Part shown: positions 12,901-26,266 of the stretch, in pieces
Layout: each line of letters starts with the position of its first letter
How positions within the stretch are numbered: position 1 is the stretch's first letter
NCBI GenBank assembly: GCA_030265395.1
Contig: JARFYF010000022.1
Coordinates: 29,603,240-29,667,239 of the forward strand
From: Rhina ancylostomus
Lineage: Eukaryota
DNA length: 64,000 nucleotides
Reading direction: 5' to 3'
Notes under the pieces: model-generated
Database searches by the model: none
What the model saw: only the letters and a program-made list of their open reading frames with translations
What the model was told of the DNA's origin: nothing
Made by a program: the position numbers and the translations under genes

Positions 12901-14454
12901 GTGCTTGTTGAACTCGCCATACTGTAAAGGAACTAATCTTTGGCTTGTGATAAGGTGATAATTTCAGAAGTTTAGGCTGTGTTGCAATGCATTACCATAG
13001 AAGAACCAACAAGGTGTTTGTCACAAAGATGGTCATCTTTAACTGAACAGCACTATGTGGGCCTTAGGTAAGTTGAGCCAGAAGGCTCAATAAATGATGC
13101 AACTGATCTATTCAAAAGTGAAACGAACTAATATTCACATTTTAACCTCAATTAAATAAATTGAACAAATAATTGTTTTAATTAACAAACACAACCCTTT
13201 GAAATGGGTAATGTACACAAGTGTTTCAGAGATTGTTGCGTTTTAGACTGCATTATGTGAGTGTTCTTTTCCGAAGTGCAAATAAAAGGATTATGTTCAC
13301 AAAATGTCCAAAGATGTTAGCTTGAATGCTTTGACAGAATGACTCTCCACTTCTGGCTTTGACTAGTGTCTCCTAGTTAATTAATTTGTCTAAAGGTCAG
13401 TAGTGAAAACTGGAGAAGGGGCGTTCAAGAGTGTGGTGGTTGGTTGGTGGTGGTTGGTGGCAGGTGATCAATGGATTCTAAAATATTTTCAGTCATTAGA
13501 GCATTCTGTAATGACATCATATAGCAGGGTCAAGCACTGCATGTATTATTTACTATACCAAAGGGATTTATAATTTTAAATTAAACTCATCAAGTTACTT
13601 AATCACATTATGCAACATTAGATTCAGCACAGCATGCTTTCATTGAAGTTTGGATGATTGATGTGTTTTTCATTGATAGGGCGCTATATATTCAATGCTA
13701 ATAAGTAACAGAAAGCAAAATTTGCTGTAAAAATCTGTATCATTAGTGAGTGGAAGACAAACCTAACTCAAAATGAAGCGATGCTGTGTCCTTTGAAAAT
13801 CATTGATGAAGCAAGTCATTTTAGGGTAGTGATTTTTTGTTTTTTTCCTGTTATGTACACCTTGTCTCTTTTGATGCAAGTTCTTCCTACTAGTGTCAAC
13901 TTGAGTCAGCTACCTAGAAAGAGACAAACCTACCACGAGCTGTATTAACTGTTTCTCCTTTACCCTTTTATCAGTAATAAAAAGAGATGGTTAGCAAACA
14001 TATCATATTTTGGCACTTTGGATTGCCTTGACGTAGAAAGAATTGTGAAAGACTTACTTATGAAGTGTTTACTTGAACTAAAATGATGGCATATTTGAGA
14101 AGCAGAGAATCTGAGTCTGCAAATAGATAATATGCGAATGAAAGGTGTGATTCTAATAATTTAGTAATTATCTATCTTCCCCCTTGTCAGGAAATTAATT
14201 AAATGTCTTGATAATCAAAAATCATATCACATTCTTTATATTGGAAACTCTATCATCAATGTTTGGACTGCAGTCAGAAGGAAATAAGACATAAACCCTG
14301 ACATTTCATGCAGTCTCCAGGATGCAGTGTTGTGGTCAGGAACTTGGAAATGCACAACTGGTGACAAAACATGTCCATGCCTTTATATTTTTACATGATA
14401 GATTGTAATAACAGAATTTAATAAACTCAATTATAACTTTACTTAATTCTCAGG

Positions 14455-14740
14455 AAGCTGGCAAGGCCTGTGAGAAGGTGGTGGTGGACTTTGATTAAGC
14501 ATTTGGATTGCAGTTTATTACAACAGAATAGCTTGCATGGGCACTTCAGAGAGCAGTTAAGAGTCGACCATGTGGCACTAAATTCACATATCAAACGGCT
14601 TGGTAAGGATGGCAGATTTCATTCCCTTAAGGATATCAGTGAACCATGACAATCTGATCATTTCATGGTCAATTTTACTGATAATCAGATTTTATATCCA
14701 GATTTTTTGTTAACAGTGATTTCAAATGGGAGCTAAGCCA
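14455..14740 (-). mobile_element. tRNA-derived SINE, decayed
   Basis: gggcacttcagagagcagttaagagtcgacc...ggtaaggatggcagatttcattcccttaaggatatcagtgaacc, a common elasmobranch SINE body, preceded by a reversed LINE-type tail (gctggcaaggcc...gagaaggtggtggtg). Confidence 0.55.
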
Positions 14741-14764
14741 AGTTCTCTAGTTTATTACAAAAAA

Positions 14765-15680
14765 CAAAAAAAAACTGAAGATGCTAGAAAACTGAAGTGA
14801 AAGTAGAAAATGCTGAAAGTACTGCACAGGTCAAACACTTATGGAAAGAGAAGGAGAGTTAACGTTGCAGCTCCTTGGCTGAGAGAGCCCTCAACTGCAT
14901 TCGTTACAATGCCCATACCTCTGCCTTCACTTCTCCCTCTCCCTCTCCCTCCCAGAACCTGGACAGGGTTCCTCTTATCTTTACCTTCCACCACTACTAC
15001 AATTCCCTACACCTCTAGCATCATTTCACAATTAAACATATTCTCTTCCCTACCCCCAACCCCCTCAGTATTCTGCAGAGAGATGTCTTCCAAGACATCC
15101 GAGTTCACCCTCAAACCCCTCCTCTCCCGTCCCACAGAACCTTNNNNNNNNNNNNNNNNNGTAAGTGCATGAGACCCAACGCCTGTTACTCGACATCCTC
15201 CAACCCACGACCCAGGGCCACACACCTTCCAGATGAAACAGCAACTTACACTGAAATGGAAGAAGCATAGGCATACACCAACTTATGCATGAAATGGGGA
15301 ACCTGCTACAGATTGGGTGACCAATTACTACATTACCACCATACACACTGCAAACCTCTAGTGCTGTCGGTTTAATTTTCTGCTCCACTTTCCCTTTGCC
15401 CTCCTTGTCCTCGGTGCTTTGTACTGTTCCAATGAAGTTCAATGTGAGGAGCAGTATTCTTCCATCCGTGTCACAGGTCTGCCCCCTTTTTCCTCTTTTA
15501 TATTTTCATATCTTAGCAGTTACATCCAATGGAAGATCATCAGCCTGAAGCATTCTTTCTCACTCTCTATCTTTCCCCCACTCCTCTCCCCCCCCCCCGT
15601 CATCCACTACCCCCTCTACTTCTCTCTCCCCATCTTTACCCCTCCTCTTCTCAGTCCTGGTTTCTGGAGCTGGTGGCAGG
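14765..15680 (+). mobile_element. Penelope-like element: inverted pLTR plus decayed GIY-YIG region
   Basis: 14765-14870 is the reverse complement of the pLTR motif; then ~RTWTGFLL/LTFHH, QGHTP.QMKQQLT, 'gattgggtgacc' (RLGD) and a C-rich 3' region; homologous to 57250-57900. Confidence 0.65.
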
Positions 15681-17139
15681 AACTTCTGTGCTGCTACCAC
15701 CCAGGCTGGCTGACTCTGTGCTTCATTGATGAGCTCTTAATGAGGACCAATGGAACAGTACAACTTTCCATTTGTTTCCCAGCTTGAAGGCCGAAAAATC
15801 TTTTTGCTGTATTTGCATTGCATGGGGTTAAATGGATGACATAGACCCTGGGATAAAGGGAAGTAGTTACATTTTTATATTTTATTTGGTAGTTTCAATG
15901 ATTTGAATTGAATATGTCATTAGTACAGGAAATGCAATATCAACATTAATTTTTTTTGCAACAATATTTTAGTTTTTAACATATCTCAAGTGTTATCAGA
16001 TGTTTGTGAATGTCAGCTTGCACAAGAATTCCATGGCTGTGATCTCACCGATGCCTTTGACAGTCTGCAACACAGATAGCAAGGGTCACCGGCTGCCAAA
16101 GCCCCATTCGGTGAGTACTACATGCTGCTGGACCCAGTACTGCATTGGGCCATGCACAGGGGATGACACAGGGACAGAGTGTGGCCCAGGACTAGACAGC
16201 CAGGCAATGAAAGATTTGTCCCAAAACTCTTTGTAATCCTGGGACCTAATGCTATGTAAAGAGATATATGTCAGTGTGAATCNNNNNNNNNNNNTCAGTA
16301 GCTGAAGCTACAAACAGGAGGAGCTGAACCTCAGTGCGCTTCTATGACAGACCTGACTTTGAGTCAACAGAGCATGTGCACCTTGTAGAACTGAGGATCA
16401 GTTACACAGTAAAGGTAATGATATGCCATGCAATGAATATAAATTAAATTGTATTCCAAAGACAAGATTGTGGAAGAAGTTCAGCTTGGAAGGCACATCG
16501 GTGTAAATGGAAGAGGGGGAGTGCAAAGTTTCAATGGTATGCATGCCATTTGGGTTTACTGTGTCACCTGGTGTTTCTGGGTAAGATCAGAAGTTGCCTT
16601 TGTTTGGAGGTGTGAATGCAAATCCAGGTTATTCCTTCAATGAAATATAAATTCCCCCGTAACAATACCATGTCCATGTGTGGCATTACCCTTGACTAAT
16701 TTGCAAATAGATTTCATTTAAAACTGATCAGTCCTATGTAGGATACGGCAACAAGCTAATTTGGAAATAAATCCATGCTGTTTCCTCTCAAACCATGTAA
16801 ATATTAGAAGTACTAATTTTACCTTACAAATATATATTTTAATATCTCTTAAAATGTTAAAGAATAGAAATGAAAACAATCCTGTGTACAGTGAGAAAAG
16901 CATTAAAGCACATCAATCATTGAATCAAGTTTTTGAATTATATTGATTCTTGTGATCCAGATGAGACCAAGAGCTCATTTAAGTACCATCCAATGATGCC
17001 AGCTTCAGCTGATATCTAGTGAAATTCTTTACTGTATCAGTTAATATTACTCTGGGTAGCAGTGCAACTAACATCAACACCTATATAATAAAAGGTTCTA
17101 TCTGGCCTCGCAGGTGGGTAAAATAGATACTGTGGCCCT

Positions 17140-17325
17140 GGATAAGTTTTATCCCATAACCAGAATTAGTAAGTCATTTTATCTGGTCATTATCAGATTC
17201 CTGATTGTGGGATAGTGTTATGTACAAATTGTCAACTTCATTTTCATGTTTACAACTTATTCTCTGTAACACACTTTGGGACTTCCTGCAGTTGTGAGAT
17301 GTGCTTTATAAATGCAAGCCTTTCC
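17140..17325 (+). mobile_element. DeuSINE/SacSINE-like 3' half
   Basis: tctggtcattatcagattcctgattgtggga...cactttgggacttcctgcagttgtgagatgtgctttataaatgcaagcctttc (Deu domain end plus L2-type tail). Confidence 0.6.
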
Positions 17326-20300
17326 TTATAAAAGCTCATTTAATATCCACTTAATTCAAAACAAAAAAAAATTCTTTCAAATATGCAGGTATTAAAATAT
17401 CTACCATGTGTTGATGTTTCGAACTTCAAATTATTAGTGATCGAATATACTTGTTGTAATAAAATGGTAATTTAGAGACAATTTGTGAAAGTAGAATTAG
17501 GTTGATTTGAGGGAAATGTCCTTATGAATTGGAATTATATTTGAATCCAATACTGGTTTTAGATATATACAAAACGATGGCATGGTTAACATTAACCAAT
17601 GAACAATTCTGGTGGGCCAGTTATAAATTCAGTACAAACCTCATCTGCTCAAAATAAAAAAGAAATGAGTTTTTAATTACTGGGCCTCATTTTACCAACA
17701 GGGATTGGCTTCCTGTCTATTTTGAGCAGCCAGTAGGAGTAAGGATTACATAATATAACAAGGCCCATGTGCCTGCCAAGCAAGTGTCTATGGGATTAGC
17801 TGGAGGACTGATAGCAGAGGGATAGGTGAGGCAGGGAATGCCATGATCTACCTGGGGCCATAGACAAACAATAAAACTATCCCCAGAAATTCAGCCCCTT
17901 TTGGTCATGTTATGTGTCAATGCATTTTACCCTACCTTCAGGATGCAGTCCATCAACTGCAATTTGTGAAGTAAGTGATGTTGCTACCTTAAAAGTATAT
18001 TAAGCATGACTGACCAGGTTGAATTTCTCAGTAAATGTCATTTATCTTTGTGGGCTTCTCACTTCTGTGCTGGGTGGTGCATCGAACTGATGAATTCTGG
18101 AGGTACCAAAGGCACAGGTGAGCATTTCAGCATGGATTCACCAAGCAAGGCCAGAGATGAGCAACAATACAGTGATTTAAAAGGGCAGTAATGATGGCCA
18201 GAATAAATGGGTTCAAATATAACAGCAAGGTTGCAGTCTCGTTCAGCCTCAGACAATAGCTGGAAAATTGGTGAAAGCAGAGTTTGTGGTGGGGTCTGTA
18301 TAAAATATTGTGGTCTGGTTCTGCAAACATCATGCATTGGAGCCAGTCCAGATTGACGGTCTCTGAATAGAGGCTTTGTAAACCTTTAGCTGTCTAGTGT
18401 ATTTTGCTTTACAAGCTCTGTTTATTATATTCTACTGTTGTTGACTGCTATAAAAGACAGTGTGGCTTTTGTCAGCATATGCTGTTGGGATTACAAAACT
18501 AGACTGAATGAGCGGAAAAATAAATCAACAAAACATTCCTATTAAAATGCAGCAACTTCTCAGCAATCACATTCCAGGTGCAAGCAGATGCTGACCAAGC
18601 TTTGTAATAATTTCAGTGCAGGGTAGGTTTTTTTTGTAAATCTATTAAAAATAGGAAACAGTGAATACTGAATAAAGGCTCTATTGTGTTCTGTGGGTTT
18701 TCTTCAATATGTTTGGCACTTTGTCCCCATAAAGCAACTGAAAGAAATGAGTTCCCTTCTTAAAAAGTCACTAGAGAGATATCCCTTTCCTAGGCCACTC
18801 CTGAGGTGATTGAGCCAAATACTTGGCTGCCTCTTTGCTGATACGACAAAATGATTCATTTAAAAGAGAATGATCCAAACTAAGCACAGCCAATCCAAGA
18901 GGAAACAAGATGGGTAGTTTAAATACAATCTAGTTCACTCAAGAGGCAATAATATAGAGAACATGATTTCATGCTAAGTTTTCATTGGATAATGAAAAAG
19001 CTAATTGCCACTTTTCTGTGGAGGCTTGTTGATCTGGCAACTTGGTTTCTAAATGTTAGAAAGTGACCCAGACATTTCATTTTTATAACATTAAAAATAG
19101 TTGATAAGGTGCCCAGCAGATGCATTGGGCCACACTATTTAATGTCGTTTTGCTTAGCCTGCCTTTGGTGTGTTCTGATGTCAGCTCATGCCCAGGACCT
19201 TTGGCTGCGCAGCCACATTTGTGTCAGTCCACTTGAANNNNNNNNNNNNNNNNNNNNNNNNNNNNNNNNNNNNNNNNNNNNNNNNNNNNNNNNNNNNNNN
19301 NNNNNNNNNNNNNNNNNNNNNNNNNNNNNNNNNNNNNNNNNNNNNNNNNNNNNNNNNNNNNNNNNNNNNNNNNNNNNNNNNNNNNNNNNNNNNNNNNNNN
19401 NNNNNNNNNNNNNNNNNNNNNNNNNNNNNNNNNNNNNNNNNNNNNNNNNNNNNNNNNNNNNNNNNNNNNNNNNNNNNNNNNNNNNNNGAGATAGATGAAG
19501 TAATCATGTTCACAACAGTCCCCCCTAGCAAAACACCATGGGACTAATTGTGAAGTGCCCCTGCCTTCTCCAGGATGTCTGTGACCTCCGATTGAACTCA
19601 ATGACCTCCAGGTCAGATGCCGCCACATCTGACTTCCTGCTCTACTGCTGAATTCAATACTGAGTTCAACAACAGAGAGAGAAGTCAGATGTCATCCTGG
19701 ACTTCTATCTTTGGCTAAGCATGTTGTTTAAGTATATCTTACACATAAAATTTACAAATATATAATACATTGTCATTCATACATTGACATTCTCAGTAAA
19801 AGCCATTTCATCTCATTTGCTTCCATCAGGTTGACATCAATTTTTAATTTACATATTCCTTGAGCAAACAGTCTGAGATTTTTCACATGGGATCCAGCCC
19901 GAGTGTGCAATGACAGCAGGATCTTAAATTGTGGCCTTTCCCCATGGAGCCTTTGAAGCAGCTGCACATATTTCAATGTGTCCCATAGCACATAGCCCAA
20001 AACTTGGAATGTGCCAGTCCCAATTGTAGACAGATCCTTTCTGGAAGACCAGTAAGTTTTAAGCAGGCAGAATAATCTTTTATTGGGTTGATAATCTTCT
20101 ATTCGTGTTGCCTCAGTGTGTGTCCCTGGCTATGGGCAGGGCCCCATGTTACACAATTCTTTCAGATGAACCATAGCAAAAAATCACTGTTTCTTTCTCT
20201 TGTCCTTCTTTGCAAGGACACATTCCAGAGGGAGACGTACAATGGTCTCATCTGCATTGCAGCGCCCGTTGTTACAGACTAGGTTACTATTAGTGAAGGT

Positions 20301-20768
20301 CCCTTTAAGAAAGTGTGTGTGTGTGTGTGTGTGTGGATTGTTGAGAGTAATCCGGTGGAGTTCACTTTGTTGGTAACCTGTGGAGGAGAACGGGTATTTC
20401 GGGTGGACGGCCACGTTATGGATGCTCTAGGGTGTGGTAGACACGTCGAAATGAAGAAGTAGAGTTCACTTGGGTTGGTGACTTGTAGAAGGAAACAGGT
20501 ATTTTGTGTGGACAGCCATGATACTCTCTATTTTCTCTCTGCATCTACNNNNNNNNNNNNNNNNNNNNNNNNNNNNNNNNNNNNNNNNNNNNNNNNNNNN
20601 NNNNNNNNNNNNNNNNNNNNNNNNNNNNNNNNNNNNNNNNNNNNNNNNTCTAACATTCTAACATTTTTACTTTTATTTTTCTTATTATCATAAGCAGTTA
20701 TTAATAAAGTAGTTTTTAACACTTACACATCTCGATGTGTTTCTTTTGTTGCTGGTTCATAACAAAAT

Positions 20769-20786
20769 TGGGGGCTTGTCCGGGAT
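20769..20786 (+). promoter_or_regulatory. Primer binding site, tRNA-Pro
   Basis: TGGGGGCTTGTCCGGGAT matches the canonical tRNA-Pro PBS TGGGGGCTCGTCCGGGAT at 17/18 (CpG decay), 4 nt after the LTR end. Confidence 0.9.
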
Positions 20787-20943
20787 CCATCCCAAGGTTA
20801 ACGAGTGTCATCCAGGATCCAATCCAAAGATTGATGAGGGTGGTCTGAGTTTGCTCAAATTGGGGTCTTAGTGGACGACTGATTGTGGTCGATCTGCTAA
20901 AAATTATTTTTTAATTGGCTTGTGTGTGTGGAAACCGACAGCA

Positions 20944-21128
20944 ATGGATATTGATGCATTTTTGGAGTCACCAACCTTAGAGGGTTTGGAGGTGGCGAAA
21001 AAGGATGATTTGGTAAGAATTGCTACAAGGTTAAACCTTGTAGGGGTAAAGCGGTCTATGAAAAAAGCAGTTATTCATACAATGATAGTTGATTATTATT
21101 TGGAGAATGAAGTGTTTGAGGTGAGTGA
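20944..21128 (+). pseudogene. Truncated gag N-terminus of the Gypsy element
   Basis: ATG downstream of the PBS, reading MDIDAFLESPTLEGLEVAKKDDLVRIATRLNLVGVKRSMKKAVIHTMIVDYYLENEVFEVS, then running into the LTR end. Confidence 0.7.
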
Positions 21129-24100
21129 GTTTTATTGCTGGTTCGTAACACCATGAACAAAGCAGGCAGTTGTGTTAAGACTACTATGCGCAGAAGATCT
21201 GAGTGGAGAGAACATCCTCCTCACCATGAATCAAACAAAGTCTTGGTGCCTGTGTGAAAGTTCTGGTGATGAGGCATTCTGCTAAATACCTTTCACAGTC
21301 TACTTACTTATGGTCATATTTATTCCTCCCTTCAAACTTTTCAACAAGGCACAGGTGGCTTTACACAGCAACATGGCCAGACCCATCTTTTGAAACACTG
21401 GGCACAGATAGAACCTCAGCAAATACTTGTGTTTGCATAACCAGGGTCTACATACAACTTGATGCAGTTGCACACAAGGGCAATCATTATGACGAGGGCT
21501 ACATTGGCTACATGTGGCCTCCCTTTCTTTGGATTCTTGTATTGGATCGCTCTCTGTGGACATGATCCATTTTCAGTCTCCAGGGAATGTGGTGTGTGGC
21601 ATGGAGGACACCAACCAACACCTCCCCACTGATAACCAGCTCGCATCTTGCAATTAAGACTGAATATTACTCCCATGGTCTCAGTTCCTGCTCTGCTTAG
21701 GCTATATGCTTCACCAAGTTCTTGGTGCATGCCCCAGCTCTTCCAAACCACACTCTCAGAACCTTCAGGAAATGAGGCCTGATGGTAAAGGCTTCAAAGG
21801 ACCATTTACCAAAGAATGTGACTTCACTCTTGCTGTAAGTTAACTCTGGCCCTTGAGACTGCTATCAGATTCTCATCAGTTGTAGACCAAGAGTCTATCT
21901 GAGCATGAGACTGTGATGTCATCTCTGTGCAGGGGGCTTTGACATAACTTCTACTGGAGAGATTACCATTCCTATACCTACATTGTTCCTGATGGCTTGA
22001 CACAACAAACAAAGAGAGAGAACAGTCTTACCTAACATCAGATCTGATTTCCTAAGATTAATTACAGATGTCTGTGTAGAGCAGCCATAGCCAATAGCAG
22101 ATTTCTTCTGCTTGCTTCACTTGGAGAGCACATCCGTTGTGTATAATATTCTGTCAACGGCCTTCTCCTAGATCTAGCTGACCAGGCAACATTCCACTCC
22201 CCTGTCCTGTATGTGAGCAATCATATTCATGACTGGCACAAGGTTGTACCTTCCTGCTGGGCACATCACAGGTCTGATCCAGGTGTATCACCAACCCAAG
22301 AACAGACTTGACTCAATTGATGATAACCTTGGACAGAATCTTGTAATCCGCATTAAGTAGTGAGCTGGGTAGGAAATCTTTGATTGCTTCCTTCTTCTTT
22401 TGCTCGTGGATGAGAGTGATGATGCCAGATTCTGACATGCTAGGATATCTCTGTAATGTTCCAAGAGCCCTGGGCCAATCCAGTCCCACAGAGAAAATTA
22501 TAATTCAGTTGGCAAACCATAGTTTCCAAGAGTATTGTTCACCCAAAAAGAATTGACCAAACTTGTCACTTTGACCAGGGTTAATAGTAAATCCAGACTC
22601 TCTCACTTGCATCTAAAATCTTTGAATTCTGGGAGGGTCTGCCACCTGATACAGGATGATTTGTTAAACTGTGAGGACATTGCTCATCCATCCTCTACCT
22701 TAAGGTGACTGATAACAGAACTCCATTTGTGAACTTTCAGGAAGAAGAAGCACAAAAAGATTTCGTTCTGTTCCACAAAGCATTATTTAGATCTGAAAAT
22801 GATCTTGGAGGATCCTGACACAAAGATCAAGACTTGCTGTCTCTTGACCTCTTGGTGGACTTTCTTGACATAAGTCATATTGAATGCAACACCAATAATT
22901 CTGCACACTTATCTGGGGCTGATACATTTTCCTTATTTGCTTTCCAAACATGATTGAGAATCAAAAACCTCTTGATGTTCACTTTGATTTCTTCCCATCA
23001 GTACAATGATAAGTCAAAGAAGGCTTTCACACCTTTTGTACCTTTTTACTATCTCTTGAGTTCCTCTGTGTTTCTTGCGGTTTCAATTTCACATTAATCC
23101 CCCATATCCCGTTGCCAGCCTTCTGGTCTTCCTGTAGGTGACAGTGAGCAAGCAGGAGACAGTGAAAAGAGATGAACCATACTATTAGTATGTGGGCGTN
23201 NNNNNNNNNNNNNNNNNNGGACCAGACTAACCTGTCTGATCCCAAACAGGTGTACTGCCATGGTGCTGCATCTTCAGGTTTGCTGAGAATGCCAGAGAGC
23301 TTGGCACAATCTTGATCAGCAGTCTGGCTGTGATTTCCAATTTGCTGTCAGCTCTGCTGGGTTTCCCAGTTGCATCACAAAGCAGTTGAAACCACTGACT
23401 CAGAATAACTGTCAGAGACACCATTTGTGCCAGTGAGAGCTGCTGGAAGGCAGTGATCTGTTCTCCAGAGCCAGGGCATGCACGGTGATGAGTCAGTACG
23501 GAGTGTTTAAGTACATTATTCATGCTTCATGGAGATGGCCACTAATTACCTCTTTGACTTCAGTGATGGTATGCGGCTTGTTCACGCAGCCAGGCCAGAC
23601 TGTTGCCTCCTGACCAGATCAATTCTCTGTACCACTGCAGCCATTGCTGATGCCTGCTGAGCTGAGGGTGTCTGAACTGCAAAAACAGCAGGTTAGCCTT
23701 GACCTTAGTAAGATATCCTAAGATTGTAACATGAGCAGTATTTTTAACACTACATCTGTTAACATCTGAAGTCACATTACAACAGTCACTTGCTCTGTCT
23801 GTTTGGTTATTATGTGCAAAATTCTGAGTCATGTTAAGGCTGGCTGGCTTCAGTCAACTTAACTGAGCTCATTGTAACAATAGTCTTCCTTAAACAGTTA
23901 CATTCAAACTGTAATCTATCCCATTCCAGCTACTAATGAAATCCTTTCTGTGTTTTCCTTCTCCAAGATGATGATATCAAGTGGTTACTTTTAATAATCT
24001 AACAAATGGAATTAAAATATAATTTTATTTGGAAATGTTTAATTATTACTGTCTCTCTGGCCCCTTTGTTAGTCACATCAGGATAATACTATCAGCAATC

Positions 24101-24289
24101 ATTGTACTGAGCATATGTAAAATAGTTAATAAAATAAAGAGCTGATTTCTATTTAATTTCTCTAAAATAATTTCATAGAGAAGCATTCAAAAACCTCACA
24201 TGCTGTAAAACTTTATGGCAGAGTGAAAATAATCCTAAAAGTTAACTCCCAAAGTCACCGTTTTGATCTAATTTTATGTAAATTCATTG

Positions 24290-24965
24290 CAGTGCAGAGA
24301 GATGCTTTTGGCTCACTAAGTCAGTACTGGCTCTTTGTAGAGCAATCCAGACAGTCCAATTCTCCTGCCTATTCCCCTTAATCCTGCAAATTATTCTCCC
24401 TCAGTTTCTATCCAATTCCCTTATGAAAGCCTTAATCTATTTCCTCACATTCCCCTTGCTTCATTTGCTCATGACTTTGAATCTATAACCCCTGATCCTC
24501 AAACCATCTGCTAATGGAAACAGTGTAAGTCTTTACCCCATTTAAACCCATCATAACCTTATACACTTCCATTAAACCTCCTCTCAACTTTCTTTGTTCC
24601 AAGGAGAATAAGCTCGGCTTCTCCAGTCAAACCTTATACATGAAATTCCTCATCCCTGAAACTACCTTTTCTGCATCATCTTTCCGACTTTAATGTCCTT
24701 CCTAAAGTGTGCTGATCAGAATTGGAAGCAATTATCTAATTATGGCCCGATCAACATTCAACAGAGGTTCAACGTAAATCTTCTGCTTTTATACTTTTGT
24801 GCCTTTGTTTCTGAAGTTCAGGAACAGACTGGCCTTTCTCAACAAGCCCTGCACTTTCAAAAATGATTGTGCGCCTACGTTCCTCTGTTCCTGTACACCC
24901 TTTGGACCTGTGCCATTTAGCCTCCATTGTCTGTCCTCATGCCTTCTATTCATCCTGTCAAATGT
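24290..24965 (-). mobile_element. CR1 LINE 3' fragment, decayed
   Basis: Minus strand ~QF.SAHFRKDIK, RLEKPSLFSLEQRKLRGGLMEVYKVMMGLNGV, followed by a CR1-type 3'UTR. Confidence 0.75.
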
Positions 24966-25014
24966 GCAGTTTCACAGCAAGTAGGGTTGCATTTCTGGAA
25001 TATCTAAGTTAATA

Positions 25015-25310
25015 TTCTCATGATATTAAGGGGTAGAGAGTGACTTACAGCTGGTTGGGGACATGAGAATTAGGGGCCTCACCTACAAATTAGAACCAGG
25101 AAGGATGGTTAGGAAACACTTATGCGTGCAAAAGGTGGCAGAAGGTTGGAATTCTCTTCTACAAATGCCAATTGCTGCTTGGCCAATTGTTAATTTTAAA
25201 CACTGTGTGTTAATGAAGGTGAAAAAAAGGCCAAATATATTAATTTACAAATCAGTCATGATTGAATAGAGGAAACAAGCCCAAGGAGCTAAACAACCTG
25301 TTCCTGTTTC
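25015..25310 (+). mobile_element. CR1 LINE 3' end, decayed
   Basis: ORF 25063-25269 reads RIRGLTYKL...VRKHLCVQKVAEGWNSL, then a CR1-like 3'UTR. Confidence 0.65.
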
Positions 25311-25971
25311 TACCTTCTTCTGTCCAAATACTTATGCCATAAATATAAGTAAAAATTGCCCATACTCGCAATATGAAACTACATGATAATCAATATCTAA
25401 AGAGAAAATTAGGTTAATGGTTCTGTTGAGGTCCTCATTGTAACTTCAAATTTCCTTTAGTCTTTGTGAGGTTCTTTTAGTTCTGCAATTAAAGGCAGAC
25501 ACTAATCAAATATTAATTTACTTGCCCAATGCTATTGTGCGCAGGATTTAATTTTTGTCATCTTAGTCTGTGCCACAAAATATAATTTTAGTTGTTTTTT
25601 GTGGGGATTATTTTTCCAGGAAGATGAAAATAAAGTTACTCACTGCCAGTCATAAACACATTTGAAAAAGGAAAGTAGAACAGAAGTTAACAGCCAAAAG
25701 CTCAACAAAGCACACATTAACACATCATCTTGATGTGTATTCAGTGTAAAAAAATCAATTTTTAAACTTAGTCCATAAACTTTAATTGCATTTGTATTCT
25801 GTTTTAAATCAGTTTTGTATATTTTAANNNNAGCAAACTTGGATATACTATACATGATGCTCTCATCTAAATCCCCGTAGAGGTTGACTCATGCAATGCT
25901 CATTCTAAGCCAGCTCTCCTATGTATCTGATTGACACTTCACAAAATTGACAATTTACAAAAAATTTTATC

Positions 25972-26266
25972 TAAGATATCTTTAATAGTCACATGTACAT
26001 CGAAGCACACAGGGAAATACACCTTTTTGCATAGTGTGTTCTGGGGGCAGCCCTTAAGTGTTGCCACGCTTCCGGCACCAACATAGCATGCCCACAACTT
26101 CCTAACCCCCATACGTCTTTGGAATATGGGAGGAAACTGGAGCACCCGGAGGAAACCCATGCAGTCACAGAGAGAACATGTAAATTTCTTACAGACAGCA
26201 GCTGGAATTGAACCCGGGTCGCTGGTGCTGTAATAGCATTACGCTAACCACTACACTACTGTGCCT
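25972..26266 (-). mobile_element. V-SINE (tRNA-derived), young full-length copy
   Basis: Minus-strand Pol III A box (tagtgtagtggttagc) and B box (ggttcaattcc), V-domain gggtttcctccgggtgctccagtttcctccca; closely similar to 60382-60677. Confidence 0.9.

Larger units (their letters stand above)
20270..21150 (+). mobile_element. Internally deleted Ty3/Gypsy LTR retrotransposon (5' LTR 20270-20764, PBS, gag N-terminus, last ~20 bp of 3' LTR)
   Basis: TGTTAC start; LTR end gctggttcataaca with upstream AATAAA; PBS tgggggcttgtccgggat; gag-like MDIDAFLESPTLEGLEVAKKDDLVRIA; final tgctggttcgtaaca; 4-bp TSD CCGT/CCAT. Confidence 0.85.
19990..23800 (-). mobile_element. Tx1-like L1-clade LINE, decayed ORF2 (APE endonuclease, RT, CCHC), interrupted by an LTR element
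   Basis: Minus-strand remnants: LGYLTKVKANLLFLQ (~23700), GNGIWGINVKL (~23100), SLLNADYKILSKVI..VKSVLGLVIHLDQTCDVPSRK (~22260-22365), LD..EKA.DRI (~22160), CNADETIVRLPLECVLAK (~20210-20265). Confidence 0.8.

Noticed and set aside
15570-15650. C-rich tract as a functional G-quadruplex (also 12695-12750, 33385-33425)
   Set aside because: Low-complexity sequence, in this case within a Penelope 3' region, with no independent support
20769-20786. Gammaretrovirus-type ERV, suggested by the MLV-like tRNA-Pro PBS
   Set aside because: TGTTA…TAACA LTR ends and the non-myristoylated gag N-terminus fit fish Ty3/Gypsy elements, which can also use tRNA-Pro; no pol or env is present to support a retrovirus
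26200-26266. tRNA gene (A/B boxes; also 60610-60677)
   Set aside because: These are tRNA-derived SINE heads contiguous with the V-domain, with no terminator or complete cloverleaf
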